From Elusimicrobiota bacterium (lineage in GTDB: Bacteria; Elusimicrobiota; Elusimicrobia; UBA1565; UBA9628), in the NCBI GenBank assembly GCA_027319565.1, contig DAHVNA010000029.1, positions 1 to 28,839 on the forward strand: 28,839 bases of DNA, given 5' to 3'. The position numbers were made by a program, and so were the translations under genes. The notes under the pieces are model-generated. The model made no database searches. It was given only the letters and a program-made list of their open reading frames with translations, and was not told where the DNA came from. Shown in pieces: positions 1 through 10,096 of this stretch (the stretch's first letter is position 1; each line of letters starts with the position of its first letter).

Positions 1-1
1 G

Positions 2-886
2 ATCAAAAAGCCCGTCGTCATTGATTATATGCATGGCGCGGCGGGAGGGCTTTTAGAAGAAGTTTTGCCTGACAATAAAATTATTTCGCTCAGATCCCAG
101 CGCGATCCCCTCTTTGGCGGACACGCCCCGGAACCAATTGAAGCCAATTTAAAAGAATTGGCGGCGCGGGTTGTTTCGGAAAAGGCCGCTTTGGGAATTG
201 CCGTGGATGGAGACGCGGATCGTTTCGCTTTGATTGACGACAAAGGAAAGTATCTGACCCCGTGCCAGATATTTCCTCTGGTCATTCGCTATTTGGTCGA
301 GCGGAAAAAAATAAAGGGTAAAATCGTCCAATCAGTCTCCATGGGATATTTGGCCGAGCGCATGGCCAAGGATTATGGGGTTGATTTTGAGGAATTGCCT
401 GTTGGATTTAAACATGTCGCCGAGGCCCTCGCGGTGGGAGGAGCCGCTATCGGGGGCGAGGAATCGGGAGGATATTCCTGGACCCAAAAGGTGGCGGAAA
501 GAGACGGACTTTTGACGGCTCTTCTTTTTCTGGAGATGATCTCCGCCGAAAACAAGCCCATTTCTCAAATGTGGAATGATATCGCCCAAAAATACGGCAA
601 ATCTTTCTTTAAGCGGACGGATTTTCACCTTCATAAGCCCGTGGCGGACAAAAACTTGTTTGTCTCACGCCTCATCAAAAAATTGCCGAAAAAAATCCTG
701 GGCTCCGAGATTAAGAACCTTATCCAAATTGATGGACTTAAAATTGTCTTAAACGAGGGGCACTGGCTTTTAATGCGCCCATCGGGAACGGAATCGTTGA
801 TGAGAGTCTATGCGGAATCAGATTCTGCCGAGAAAACGCAAGCCCTCTTGGATATCGCTAAAAAATGGGTCGCCCCGAACTTATAA
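2..886 (+). CDS. Phosphoglucomutase/phosphomannomutase family protein (5' truncated by window edge)
   Basis: The frame is open from base 2 (IKKPVVIDYMHGAAG). It has the metal-binding DGDADR, sugar-binding GEESGG and C-terminal RPSGTE motifs of alpha-D-phosphohexomutases. Confidence 0.93.
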   Translation: MKKPVVIDYMHGAAGGLLEEVLPDNKIISLRSQRDPLFGGHAPEPIEANLKELAARVVSEKAALGIAVDGDADRFALIDDKGKYLTPCQIFPLVIRYLVERKKIKGKIVQSVSMGYLAERMAKDYGVDFEELPVGFKHVAEALAVGGAAIGGEESGGYSWTQKVAERDGLLTALLFLEMISAENKPISQMWNDIAQKYGKSFFKRTDFHLHKPVADKNLFVSRLIKKLPKKILGSEIKNLIQIDGLKIVLNEGHWLLMRPSGTESLMRVYAESDSAEKTQALLDIAKKWVAPNL

Positions 887-887
887 T
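882..887 (+). promoter_or_regulatory. Putative -10 box (TATAAT) of a leaderless transcript
   Basis: Perfect TATAAT 6 nt before ATG 894, with no Shine-Dalgarno. Confidence 0.5.
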
Positions 888-893
888 TCTTCC

Positions 894-1931
894 ATGAAAG
901 CGATGCTTTTGGCGGCGGGAGCGGGAACGCGCTTAAGGCCTTTGACTTACCAGATTCCAAAACCCTTGATTCCCGTCGCGAACCGCCCGGTTATTCATTA
1001 TGTTTTAGATAATTTGTCCCGGCATGGAATCAAAGAAATCATGATTAACCTTTCGGCTCACGCCGATCAGATACGCTCTTACTGCGGAAACGGAGCTCAA
1101 TGGGGGCTGAGGCTTCATTACTCTCATGAGACGACCCTTCTCGGCACCGCCGGCGGAGTTAAAAACGTGGAGGCTTTTTTTAAAGGAGAGCCCTTCCTCG
1201 TAATGTCGGGAGACGGTCTCTCAGATATTGACTTATCCGATCTGATCGCTTTTCATAAAAAAAAGCGCGCCCTGGGGACCATCGCGGTAAAATCGGTAGA
1301 CTCCCGCTTTGAATACGGGGTGACCTTATCCGATAAGTCCGGCAGGATCAAGAAATTTATTGAAAAGCCCTCCTGGGGAGACGTTTTTTCAAGCACGGTC
1401 AACACCGGCATTTACCTTTTTGAGCCGGAGGCGCTGCGCTATATCCCCAAGGGACAAATTTATGATTTCGGGCACCAACTTTGGCCGAAACTGCTCAAAT
1501 TAAAAAAGCCTATTTATGCCTATCCCCTTAAATCTTATTGGACCGATGTCGGCAATCTTTCTGAATATAGAAAAAGCCAGATCGATTGTTTAGACGGCAA
1601 AGTGGATATCGCGCTTCCCGGAAGGCAGGTTTCAAAGGGCATCTGGGTGGAAGAGCCCGCCTCCGTATCTCCCGAGGCGATTTTAAAGGCTCCTTGTTTA
1701 ATCGGCAAAAATGTCCAAATTTCCGCATATGCAGAGATAGGCCCTTACAGCGTCATCGGATCCAACTCTAAAATATGTTCGCGCGCCGTGCTTAAAAATT
1801 GTATGCTTTTTGATAATGTCGTGGTAGAAAAAGAGGCGCATTTATCCAACTGCATTTTAGGGCCCAACAGCGTCGTCAAAGAAAGCATCAACGCATATGA
1901 AGCCGCAGTCCTAAATATGCCCCAACAATAA
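894..1931 (+). CDS. NDP-sugar pyrophosphorylase (mannose-1-phosphate guanylyltransferase-like) with C-terminal left-handed beta-helix
   Basis: MKAMLLAAGAGTRLRPLT..PKPL signature, LGTAG, FIEKP, VNTGIY, YWTDVG and hexapeptide repeats. Start moved from 810 to ATG 894. Confidence 0.9.
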   Translation: MKAMLLAAGAGTRLRPLTYQIPKPLIPVANRPVIHYVLDNLSRHGIKEIMINLSAHADQIRSYCGNGAQWGLRLHYSHETTLLGTAGGVKNVEAFFKGEPFLVMSGDGLSDIDLSDLIAFHKKKRALGTIAVKSVDSRFEYGVTLSDKSGRIKKFIEKPSWGDVFSSTVNTGIYLFEPEALRYIPKGQIYDFGHQLWPKLLKLKKPIYAYPLKSYWTDVGNLSEYRKSQIDCLDGKVDIALPGRQVSKGIWVEEPASVSPEAILKAPCLIGKNVQISAYAEIGPYSVIGSNSKICSRAVLKNCMLFDNVVVEKEAHLSNCILGPNSVVKESINAYEAAVLNMPQQ

Positions 1932-1940
1932 GGAGATACC

Positions 1941-3152
1941 ATGGAACGAAAAGGCAGACATTTCTTTACTTCAGAGTCGGTCACCGAAGGGCATCCGGAC
2001 AAGGTTTGCGATCAAATTTCCGACGCGGTCTTAGACGCGGTGCTCAAAGAAGATCCCATGGGGCGCGTCGCCTGCGAGACCTTCGTCAGCCGTGGAATGG
2101 TCATCGTCGGCGGAGAAATTACGACTAAAAGCTATATTGACGTTGATGAATTGGCGCGAAAAATTATTCGCGGCATCGGCTACGATCATCCCAAATACGG
2201 TTTTGACGCCACTTCCTGCGCGGTTTTAAACGCAATTGGAAGGCAATCTCCGGATATCGCGCAAGGGGTTGATAACGGAGGCGCCGGCGATCAAGGGCTT
2301 ATGTTTGGATATGCCTGTCGGGAAACGCCGGAACTAATGCCTCTTCCAATTATGTTGGCGCACAAATTGATTCGCCGTCTTTCAATGGCGCGGCGGGAAA
2401 ACATTTTGCCGTATTTAGGCCCTGATGGAAAAAGCCAGGTGACCGTCGAATACTTAGACGGAAGGCCCTTGCGCGTTGACACGGTGGTCTTATCAACTCA
2501 GCACACGGAAGAAATTCTGGATAAAACGAAAAAACAAATTACCGCCAAGGCCAAAGAAGAGATAATAGAGACCATCATCCGCCCGGTGTTGGGAAAACGC
2601 CTTTTAGATGAAAGGACCCGTTTCTTCGTCAATCCCACTGGAAAATTTGTCGTCGGGGGCCCGGCTTCGGACACCGGGGTTACAGGGCGAAAGATTATCG
2701 TCGACACTTACGGCGGATACGCGCCGCATGGCGGGGGCGCTTTCTCCGGCAAGGACCCGACCAAAGTCGATCGCTCGGCTTGCTACATGGCCCGTTATAT
2801 CGCTAAAAACGTGGTTGCCGCAGGTCTCGCCGAACGCTGCACGGTGCAGCTTGCCTACGCCATTGGGGTCGCGGAACCGGTGGGAATTTATTTCGACACT
2901 CACGGCACCGGGGTTTGCGAAGAATCCAAAATTCAAGCGGCCGTCCGCAAACATTTCGCGATGACTCCCAAGGGAATCATTCAAACCCTTAAATTGCGCC
3001 GCCCCATTTATCAAAAGACGGCCGCATATGGACATTTTGGGCGCGAAGAGGAAGGTTTTGAGTGGGAAAAAACCGATCGCGCGGAAATTTTAAAATCCGA
3101 GGTTTTGGGGCGACCGAAGATTAAAGTCAAACGTCCAAGCGTTCTAGTTTAG
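1941..3152 (+). CDS. metK: S-adenosylmethionine synthetase
   Basis: [19 protein letters not shown] and [16 protein letters not shown] motifs; AGGAG RBS at 1931-1935. Confidence 0.98.
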   Translation: MERKGRHFFTSESVTEGHPDKVCDQISDAVLDAVLKEDPMGRVACETFVSRGMVIVGGEITTKSYIDVDELARKIIRGIGYDHPKYGFDATSCAVLNAIGRQSPDIAQGVDNGGAGDQGLMFGYACRETPELMPLPIMLAHKLIRRLSMARRENILPYLGPDGKSQVTVEYLDGRPLRVDTVVLSTQHTEEILDKTKKQITAKAKEEIIETIIRPVLGKRLLDERTRFFVNPTGKFVVGGPASDTGVTGRKIIVDTYGGYAPHGGGAFSGKDPTKVDRSACYMARYIAKNVVAAGLAERCTVQLAYAIGVAEPVGIYFDTHGTGVCEESKIQAAVRKHFAMTPKGIIQTLKLRRPIYQKTAAYGHFGREEEGFEWEKTDRAEILKSEVLGRPKIKVKRPSVLV

Positions 3153-3161
3153 GCCTTAGCC

Positions 3162-4541
3162 GTGAATAAAACTGTCAAAAACGCAGAAGAAGCCTTAAGC
3201 GGCATTTCTGACGGCGCGACGCTGATGATTGGCGGTTTTGGCCTTTGCGGATTGCCGGAAAAAATGCTTGAAGCCATCCAAAACATCAGCGCCAAAAATC
3301 TCACGATTATCTCCAACAATGCCGGAACCGATAATTATGGAATTGGGCTTCTCATCAAGAAAGGCCGCGTTAAAAAAATGATTATGTCATATGGCGGGGA
3401 ATGCAAGGCTTTTGAGGAAGCGGCGCTCAAAGGCTTAATCGAGGTTGAGTGGACCCCTCAAGGCACATTGGCCGAGAAAATACGCGCCGCCGGCGCCGGA
3501 ATCGGGGGTTTTTTCACTCCTACTGGATACGGGACCATCGTCGCCGGAGAAAAAGAGACCCGCAATATTGATGGGAAAAATTATGTCTTTGAAAAGCCTC
3601 TTTTCGCGGATTTCGCTCTCATCAAAGCCTGGAAGGGAGACACGCTCGGCAACCTCATCTACCGAAAAACGGCGCGCAATTTCAACCAGGCGATGGCCAC
3701 CGCCGCAAAAACCGTCATTGCCGAGGTAGAAACTCTTGTCTTGCCAGGCGAGCTTGAACCTGACGCGATTCACACCCCGGGAACCTATATAGACAAAATT
3801 TTCCAAGGCGGAATATACGCCAAGCCCATTGAAAAATTAACCGTCCGTGAATCAGAGGCGGTCTTAAACTCTCATAATGGAGGAACGTCTCCGCGCGAAA
3901 TTATCGCCAAGGCCGCGGCAAAACTTCTCAGAGACGGCGACTATGTCAATCTTGGCATTGGAATTCCTACTCTTATTCCCAATTTCTTGCCGCAAGATGT
4001 TCACATCGTTCTCCACACGGAAAATGGAATGCTCGGCTATGGGCCCTATCCCATAAAGGGAACCGAAGATCCAGACATCATCAATGCTGGAAAAGAGACC
4101 GTCACTGAACTCAAAGGCTGTTCTTATTTCGGCTCGCACGATTCTTTTGCGATGGTCCGAGGAGGCCACATTGACGCCAGCGTTCTGGGCGCGATGGAGG
4201 TCTCTGAAAAAGGGGATATCGCCAACTGGATGATTCCCGGAAAAAAGGTCAAAGGGATGGGAGGCGCGATGGACATGGTCGCCGGCGCCAAAAAAGTCAT
4301 TGTCGCTATGGAACACGTGAGTAAAGAAGGGACTCCCAAGATTCTTAAAAATTGCAAACTGCCCTTGACCGGAAAGGGGGTCGTTTCCGCCATTGTCACG
4401 GAATTAGCCTTCTTTGAAATCACATCCAAAGGCCTTCTCTTAAAAGCCCACCATCCCGAAACCAGCGTTTCTAAAATCCGCGATTTAACGGAAGCGAGTT
4501 TCGAGATCGCCCCAAAACTCGACGCTTCTTTTTTTCAATGA
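3162..4541 (+). CDS. 3-oxoacid (succinyl-CoA) CoA-transferase, A and B subunits fused
   Basis: A-part motifs GGFGLCG and PQGTLAE; B-part motifs NLGIGIP, catalytic Glu motif TENG and GMGGAMD. GTG start. Confidence 0.93.
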   Translation: MNKTVKNAEEALSGISDGATLMIGGFGLCGLPEKMLEAIQNISAKNLTIISNNAGTDNYGIGLLIKKGRVKKMIMSYGGECKAFEEAALKGLIEVEWTPQGTLAEKIRAAGAGIGGFFTPTGYGTIVAGEKETRNIDGKNYVFEKPLFADFALIKAWKGDTLGNLIYRKTARNFNQAMATAAKTVIAEVETLVLPGELEPDAIHTPGTYIDKIFQGGIYAKPIEKLTVRESEAVLNSHNGGTSPREIIAKAAAKLLRDGDYVNLGIGIPTLIPNFLPQDVHIVLHTENGMLGYGPYPIKGTEDPDIINAGKETVTELKGCSYFGSHDSFAMVRGGHIDASVLGAMEVSEKGDIANWMIPGKKVKGMGGAMDMVAGAKKVIVAMEHVSKEGTPKILKNCKLPLTGKGVVSAIVTELAFFEITSKGLLLKAHHPETSVSKIRDLTEASFEIAPKLDASFFQ

Positions 4542-4939
4542 AAAGAGCTTCTTTTTGGCTCTTTGTCATCGGATCAGCCGCTCTTTTTGCCTATCTTTTT
4601 GACTTGGTTTTTCTATCCAGCTCAAATCTCCCAGGCGCGCTCAAGGCCCCAGTAGCCCAAGCTCCGGGAAGACCGATTTTCTTGCCCGCTCAATTGCCGG
4701 CTCCGAAGACTAAAAATTCGCGCAACTATACCAACGAGGAAATTTACCGAAACCTTCAAAAACAGACCGTTAAAATGGGAATTGAAGACATTGTCTCTCC
4801 CAAGGATAAAAACTCTCAAAATTCATCACTGCCCCCTTGGCTAAGAAAAGAAGATGAGGGAGTCTATCTGGAAGGGGGAACTCCGGCGTTGTTAAAAAAT
4901 GAAAAGCCAAAGAAAACGGGGGAAAGTAACGGCGAGTAA
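4538..4939 (+). CDS. Hypothetical membrane-anchored/exported protein
   Basis: ATGA overlap with the upstream stop and an N-terminal hydrophobic helix. The last codons come from the GTAACGGAAA repeat. Confidence 0.65.
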   Translation: MKRASFWLFVIGSAALFAYLFDLVFLSSSNLPGALKAPVAQAPGRPIFLPAQLPAPKTKNSRNYTNEEIYRNLQKQTVKMGIEDIVSPKDKNSQNSSLPPWLRKEDEGVYLEGGTPALLKNEKPKKTGESNGE

Positions 4940-4947
4940 CGGAAAGT
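4921..4947 (+). repeat. Short purine-rich array of GTAACGG-type units overlapping a stop codon
   Basis: ggaaa-gtaacggcga-gtaacggaaa-gt matches the unit of the larger arrays at 12.2, 21.0 and 25.5 kb. Confidence 0.6.
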
Positions 4948-4959
4948 ATGTTTTTCCTT

Positions 4960-6114
4960 TTAATTGCGGCTCATCGCCTGATCTAGATCTGAAATCAAGT
5001 CTTCCGCGTCTTCAATTCCGACAGAGAGGCGAATGAGTCCGTCGGTGAGTCCGCGCTTGAGCCTTTCTTCACGGGGAATGGCGGCGTGGGTCATCGTGGC
5101 GGGATGACCAATTAGCGATTCAACTCCGCCGAGGCTTTCGGCCAAGGAAAAAAATTTCATTTGAGAGGCCATTTTTTTAGCCGCCTCAAAACCATCCGCG
5201 AGTTCAAAAGAAATCATTCCGCCAAAAGCCCGCATTTGTTTTTTGGCTAGACTATGTCCTTTGTGGGATTCAAGGCCCGGGTAATAGACCTTTAAGACCT
5301 TGGGATGCTGAGAAAGAAAGCGCGCGATTTTAAGGGCGTTTTCGCAATGCCGCTCCATTCTCAAGGCAAGGGTCTTGGTTCCGCGCAAGAGAAGAAAAGA
5401 GTCCATCGGCCCGGGAACCGCTCCAACCGAATTTTGAATAAATTTAAGGCGCTCATGCCAGGATTTATCCGAGGTAATTACCGCGCCTCCCACGACATCG
5501 GAATGCCCGCCGATATATTTGGTGCTTGAATGAACGACCAAATCGGCTCCGAGAGTAAGCGGCTCTTGAAGATAAGGAGTCGCAAAGGTATTGTCGACCG
5601 CGACAGAAATGTTTTTTTCGTGCGCGATTTTAGAAACCTCGGAAATATCGGTGATGTTAAGAAGAGGATTGGTCGGGGTTTCAAGCCACAAAAGCTTTGT
5701 TTTTGGCGTTATTTTTTTAAGAACCTCTTTGGGGTCAGTGGTATCCACGAAATCAAAGAGGATTCCAAAGCGCTCAAAGACCTTGGTAAAAACCCGGTAG
5801 GTGCCTCCGTAAATATCGTTTCCGCTAATTACATGATCTCCGGAATTTAAAGCGGAAATAACCGCGCTGATAGCCGCCATTCCGCTTGAAAAACAAAGGC
5901 CATATTCTCCGCTTTCTAAAGCCGCGAGGTTTTCTTCCAGGGCCTTTCGAGTCGGGTTTTGCGTTCTTGAATATTCAAATCCCTTGTGGACCCCGGGAGA
6001 TTCCTGGACATAGGTTGAGGTCAGATAGACCGGAGTCATGACGGCCCCTGTCGCGGGATCGGGCTTTTGCCCGGCATGAACGGCGCGGGTTGAGAACTTT
6101 CCTTTTGTATTCAT
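4960..6114 (-). CDS. Cystathionine gamma-synthase/gamma-lyase family PLP enzyme
   Basis: YSRTQNPT, FSSGMAA, ETPTNP, DNTFATP, PLP-lysine motif HSSTKYIGGHSD and SLGGVESL. Confidence 0.95.
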   Translation of the reverse strand: MNTKGKFSTRAVHAGQKPDPATGAVMTPVYLTSTYVQESPGVHKGFEYSRTQNPTRKALEENLAALESGEYGLCFSSGMAAISAVISALNSGDHVISGNDIYGGTYRVFTKVFERFGILFDFVDTTDPKEVLKKITPKTKLLWLETPTNPLLNITDISEVSKIAHEKNISVAVDNTFATPYLQEPLTLGADLVVHSSTKYIGGHSDVVGGAVITSDKSWHERLKFIQNSVGAVPGPMDSFLLLRGTKTLALRMERHCENALKIARFLSQHPKVLKVYYPGLESHKGHSLAKKQMRAFGGMISFELADGFEAAKKMASQMKFFSLAESLGGVESLIGHPATMTHAAIPREERLKRGLTDGLIRLSVGIEDAEDLISDLDQAMSRN

Positions 6115-6119
6115 AATTC

Positions 6120-6128
6120 ATTCTAGCA
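6120..6128 (-). promoter_or_regulatory. Putative extended -10 (TGcTAGAAT), leaderless
   Basis: TGnTAGAAT 5 nt upstream of ATG 6114 on the minus strand, no SD. Confidence 0.55.
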
Positions 6129-6133
6129 AATTA

Positions 6134-6251
6134 GGGACAGTCCCCTTTTTTATCCATAAAAATAAATGATAATTTCACAAAATAAGAGATTTGTCTTTCA
6201 AAAATTCAATTTTGTTCTTAAAAAATAAGGAAATAAATAGGGACTGTCCCT
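6134..6251. repeat. Inverted pair of short GGGACWGTCCC palindromes around an AT-rich spacer (REP-doublet-like)
   Basis: gggacagtccc at 6134-6144 and agggactgtccct at 6239-6251. Confidence 0.7.
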
Positions 6252-6259
6252 TTTTAAAT

Positions 6260-8857
6260 TCAAGCGTCGGCGGGGTTGAGATTTAAAAACCGCATCTTGA
6301 CCTGATGCGCCAACAGGGCGTAGGCAAAAAGAGTCAAAAGCAACCACGGCCAAAAAGACCAGGGAAGGGGGACTAGCCCAATATAGGACGCAATGGGAGA
6401 ATAGGGCAGAATGGCCGCTATCAAAGCGATACCGCCAGTGGTCAAAAACAAGCCCGGGCTTGCCCAGCTTTGGATAAAGGGGATATGGCGGGTTCTGATA
6501 ATATGGACGACCAACGTTTGAGTGATCAAGGATTCGACAAACCAGCCGGTGTGAAACAAGCGCTCTAAATATTCCTTAGTTGCGGCGGGGGTCTGGGGAT
6601 TTGAAAATAAATGGCAGCCGAAAAACCACATCATCAGAGCGAAAGTCGTGTAATCAAAAAGAGAACTCACCGGTCCCAAATACAGCATGAATTTTTTAAT
6701 GAGCGAAATGTCCCATTTTCGGGGCTTTCTTAAATAATCTTCGTCCACCCGATCGAAGGGAATTCCGACCTGGGAAAAATCATAGAGGAGATTGTTGACG
6801 AGTATTTGAATGGGCTCCATAGGAAGAAACGGCAGAAGATAAACCGCTCCCAGCATGCTAAACATATTTCCGAAATTGGAGCTGGCCCCCATGCGGATAT
6901 ACTTAATGATATTTCCAAAAACCTTTCGCCCTTCGATGATTCCATCGTCTAAAACCATCAGGCTCTTTTCAAGCAAGACGATATGGGCGGATTCTTTGGC
7001 GACATCGGAAGCGGTATCGACTGAAATCCCGACGTCCGAACTCTTAAGCGCCGAGGCGTCGTTGATTCCGTCTCCCAAAAATCCCACCACGTGCCCGTTC
7101 TCGCGCAAGGTCGTGATAATCTCTTCTTTCTGGGAGGGGGATAAGCGGGCAAAAATCGAATATTTGAGCGCCGCTTCCTTGAATTTTTGAGCGTCCATTT
7201 TTTGGAGAACGTCTCCGGTGATAATCTCGGAAACCTCGAGCCCGACGTCTTTACAAACTTTTTTGGTCACTAGCGAATTGTCTCCGGTCAAGACCTTGAC
7301 CGCCACGCCGGCGCGGTTTAAAGCCTCTATGGCGACCGCGGCGGAATCCTTGGGGGGATCAAAGAAAGCGATATAACCCAGCAAAATGAGATCTTTTTCA
7401 TCGGAAGCGGAAAAATTTTCTTTCGCAGTCGAAAAATCCCGGTAAGCGACGGCCAAAACGCGATAGCCGTCTGAACTGAGACTCTCGTACTCTTCAAGCA
7501 GATCTCTTTTGAGCATGTCGATTAAAGGGTAAACGGCGTCATCGACTTGATAGCGATTACAAACGCTAAAAATTTCTTCGACCGCGCCTTTGCAGATCAG
7601 GACATGGTCTCCCTCGTAATCGATGACGACCGACATCCTGCGGCGCACAAAATCAAAAGGAATTTCGTCGACTTTTCGGCAGCTGCGCTCGACATCCAGA
7701 TCGGAATGGGCCAAAATCGCCTTGTCCAATAGATTTCTGAGTCCGGTTTGATAAAAACTGTTCATGTAGGCGTATCTAAGAACGTCTTCGGATTCTCTAT
7801 TGGTTACATCCACGTGCTTTTCCAAAATAATCCGGTCCTGCGTCAAGGTTCCGGTCTTATCCGTGCAGAGGACATCCATCGCGCCTAAATTTTGAATTGA
7901 GTTAAGGCGCTTTACAATCACCTTTTTTGACGACATCATCAGAGCGCCCTTAGATAAATTGACCGTGACGATCATCGGCAGCATTTCCGGGGTTAGTCCC
8001 ACGGCGACGGCCAGGCCAAACATCAAAGCGTCCAGCCAGCCTCCTCTCGTGATTCCCACCAGGAAAAAGACCACCGCGACCATGACGATCATAAACCGAA
8101 TCATCAGCCAAGTAAAATCCGAAATACCGCGGTCAAAACTGGTCAAAACTTTTTGTTCGCCCAATTTTTTCGATATTTCGCCGAAATAAGTCTTGGCCCC
8201 GGTGACGACGACCACGCCTTTTGCGCTTCCGCTAAGGACATTGGAACCCTGGAAACAGATATTGCCGAGCTCAAGAATAGTCTTTCCCGCCGTGTCGCAG
8301 GGAAAAGCGCTCTTTTCGACTGGCATCGATTCTCCGGTCAAAGCCGCCTGGCTGACAAAGAAATCCTTGGCGGAAATAAGCCTGAGATCCGCCGGAATAA
8401 TCGAGCCCGCGGCTAAAACGACCACGTCTCCGCAAACGAGATTTTCAGGTGGAATCGAATGCTCTTGTCCGTTTCTTAAAATCAGGCACGAGGTTTTGAC
8501 CATCGCGATCAATTTTTCAACCGCGTTATTGGAACGGGTTTCTTGAACATAGGACAAAATCACGCTTAAAAAAAGCATTCCAAAAACCACGATAGCCGAT
8601 CTCAAATCGCCCATGAATAGAGAAATGGCGGCAATTACCGTCAATTGAATGATGAGGGGATTTTTAAAGCGCCGGAGAAAATCAAGAATTAAACTCTTGT
8701 CCTTGGGGTCCTGCGCGAGATTAGGGCCGAAAATTTCCAGGCGTTTTTGAGCCTCTTCTTCGCTCAAGCCCTGTTCGCTTGAAGAGATGCGACCCAAAAA
8801 TTCCGGCGCGTTTAGAGCGGAGGCCTCCATCAAGTTGAGAGATTGAAATATTTCCAT
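6260..8857 (-). CDS. mgtA: Magnesium-translocating P-type ATPase (P3B)
   Basis: DKTGTLT phosphorylation site, TGES, GLTPEMLP, GDGINDA, ASSNFGNMFS and NLLYD motifs typical of MgtA/MgtB. Confidence 0.95.
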   Translation of the reverse strand: MEIFQSLNLMEASALNAPEFLGRISSSEQGLSEEEAQKRLEIFGPNLAQDPKDKSLILDFLRRFKNPLIIQLTVIAAISLFMGDLRSAIVVFGMLFLSVILSYVQETRSNNAVEKLIAMVKTSCLILRNGQEHSIPPENLVCGDVVVLAAGSIIPADLRLISAKDFFVSQAALTGESMPVEKSAFPCDTAGKTILELGNICFQGSNVLSGSAKGVVVVTGAKTYFGEISKKLGEQKVLTSFDRGISDFTWLMIRFMIVMVAVVFFLVGITRGGWLDALMFGLAVAVGLTPEMLPMIVTVNLSKGALMMSSKKVIVKRLNSIQNLGAMDVLCTDKTGTLTQDRIILEKHVDVTNRESEDVLRYAYMNSFYQTGLRNLLDKAILAHSDLDVERSCRKVDEIPFDFVRRRMSVVIDYEGDHVLICKGAVEEIFSVCNRYQVDDAVYPLIDMLKRDLLEEYESLSSDGYRVLAVAYRDFSTAKENFSASDEKDLILLGYIAFFDPPKDSAAVAIEALNRAGVAVKVLTGDNSLVTKKVCKDVGLEVSEIITGDVLQKMDAQKFKEAALKYSIFARLSPSQKEEIITTLRENGHVVGFLGDGINDASALKSSDVGISVDTASDVAKESAHIVLLEKSLMVLDDGIIEGRKVFGNIIKYIRMGASSNFGNMFSMLGAVYLLPFLPMEPIQILVNNLLYDFSQVGIPFDRVDEDYLRKPRKWDISLIKKFMLYLGPVSSLFDYTTFALMMWFFGCHLFSNPQTPAATKEYLERLFHTGWFVESLITQTLVVHIIRTRHIPFIQSWASPGLFLTTGGIALIAAILPYSPIASYIGLVPLPWSFWPWLLLTLFAYALLAHQVKMRFLNLNPADA

Positions 8858-8928
8858 TAGCGCCTAAAAGAAATTTCGCGATAAATTGAAGTTGCTCACG
8901 TCACTCCGGAAATCCGTAAGCCGTTGCC

Positions 8929-9041
8929 GTCATTCCGACGCAAGTCGGAATCCAGGAATATGTCTGGACCCCGGCTTTCGGCCCCTCTCCAACAGACTTA
9001 GAAGCGCCACTTCCTCGCCAATGCTCGGTCGCCGGGGTGAC
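8929..9041. repeat. REP-like hairpin doublet (GTCATTCCG..CGGAATCCAG / CTGGACCCCGGC..GCCGGGGTGAC) carrying a 51-bp insert at 8980-9030
   Basis: Aligns directly with copies at 12388-12516, 21123-21326 and 25637-25753. Confidence 0.88.
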
Positions 9042-9063
9042 GTCATTTGAATTCCTAGAATTC

Positions 9064-9072
9064 ATTATAACA
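9064..9072 (-). promoter_or_regulatory. Putative extended -10 (TGtTATAAT) for mgtA, implying a ~200-nt 5' leader
   Basis: The minus strand reads TGTTATAAT about 207 nt upstream of the mgtA ATG. Confidence 0.5.
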
Positions 9073-9093
9073 CTTTTTAGTTTTCCGCACATT

Positions 9094-9122
9094 TTGATAG
9101 ACTAGCGCGAGGGGATTATTCT
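9094..9122 (+). promoter_or_regulatory. Putative sigma70 promoter TTGATA-N17-TATTCT
   Basis: -35 at 9094-9099, 17-nt spacer, -10 at 9117-9122 and ATG 6 nt later. Confidence 0.55.
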
Positions 9123-9128
9123 ATTTCA

Positions 9129-10091
9129 ATGATCAGCGTCGAACGCAAGGCGTCTTATATTCTTTTCGGCATCTCGGCGGCCTTAATTATTTGGTTTCAG
9201 CTGGGCGCGGCTCTCTTGGCGGGCCTGATCTCTCTATTGATACTTGAATCGGCGAAAAAAATATCCCTTAAGAAATTTGGAAACACAAGTTCTAAACTCA
9301 TCGCCCTTTTTTCTTTTATCATTATTTCCGGCGCTTTTTTTTGGATATTGGCGGTCTTTGTCCGCTTAGCGACCATTCGAGCCCCCATGATCGTCTCTCT
9401 TTTTATTCCCAAAATAAAATCCTTGGCGGATCAATGGGGCGTTTCTCTTCCCTTTGACAATCTCGATGATATCCGCGCCTTGATTGCCAGCTCGGCCAAG
9501 GATAATCTTCGGCAAATTACCCATGCCAGTTCCCTTTTGACCAAGGGATTTTTGCAAATTGCGCTGGCTATCTTTGCCGCTGTTGCCTGTTTTTGGGAAG
9601 AAGAAAACAAAGAGGCTCCCGAAGCCGGATTTTCCGAAAGGCTTCGCGCGGAGATGTCGGCTCGAATGAAACTGTTCATGAAAGGCTTTCGGAAAGCCTT
9701 TGGCGCTCAGTTTACGATTTCTCTCATCAACACGGGGCTAGTCTCGTTTTTGCTTTTAATCCTGCAAATTCCCTACATCCGTTTTTTGATTACGGCGACC
9801 TTTGTTTTGGGGCTTTTACCCGTCATCGGCGGCGCGGTCACCAACGCGGCCATACTGGCGGCGGCTTTTACAGTTTCCACTAGAACCGCCATTCTCACGC
9901 TTATTTCCCTTTTGGTTTTACATCACGCTCAATACCCCATTCAAGGCCAGGTTTTCGGCGAGCAGATGAAGGTTCCGGCCTGGGAAATTTTAGTGGGGCT
10001 TATTTTGGGAGAGGCAATTTTAGGGGTTGCGGGAATGGTCTTGGCCCCGGCCGCGGTTTTTTATCTTCACTCGGAATTTGAGCTACTCTAA
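9129..10091 (+). CDS. AI-2E (UPF0118/PerM) family permease
   Basis: Multi-TM profile with LLPVIGG and the C-terminal G..LGVAGMVLAP pattern typical of AI-2E transporters. Confidence 0.8.
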   Translation: MISVERKASYILFGISAALIIWFQLGAALLAGLISLLILESAKKISLKKFGNTSSKLIALFSFIIISGAFFWILAVFVRLATIRAPMIVSLFIPKIKSLADQWGVSLPFDNLDDIRALIASSAKDNLRQITHASSLLTKGFLQIALAIFAAVACFWEEENKEAPEAGFSERLRAEMSARMKLFMKGFRKAFGAQFTISLINTGLVSFLLLILQIPYIRFLITATFVLGLLPVIGGAVTNAAILAAAFTVSTRTAILTLISLLVLHHAQYPIQGQVFGEQMKVPAWEILVGLILGEAILGVAGMVLAPAAVFYLHSEFELL

Positions 10092-10096
10092 AATAA

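Noticed and set aside
810..893. Start of the nucleotidyltransferase at 810
   Set aside because: It overlaps the PGM gene. The family N-terminus MKAMLLAAG begins at 894.
1925..1945. SAM riboswitch before metK
   Set aside because: Only 9 bp separate metK from the upstream gene, leaving no room for a leader.
8858..9060. M-box (ykoK) or mgtA Mg2+-sensor riboswitch
   Set aside because: I could not recognise these motifs, and the hairpins are explained by a repeat family present at unrelated loci.
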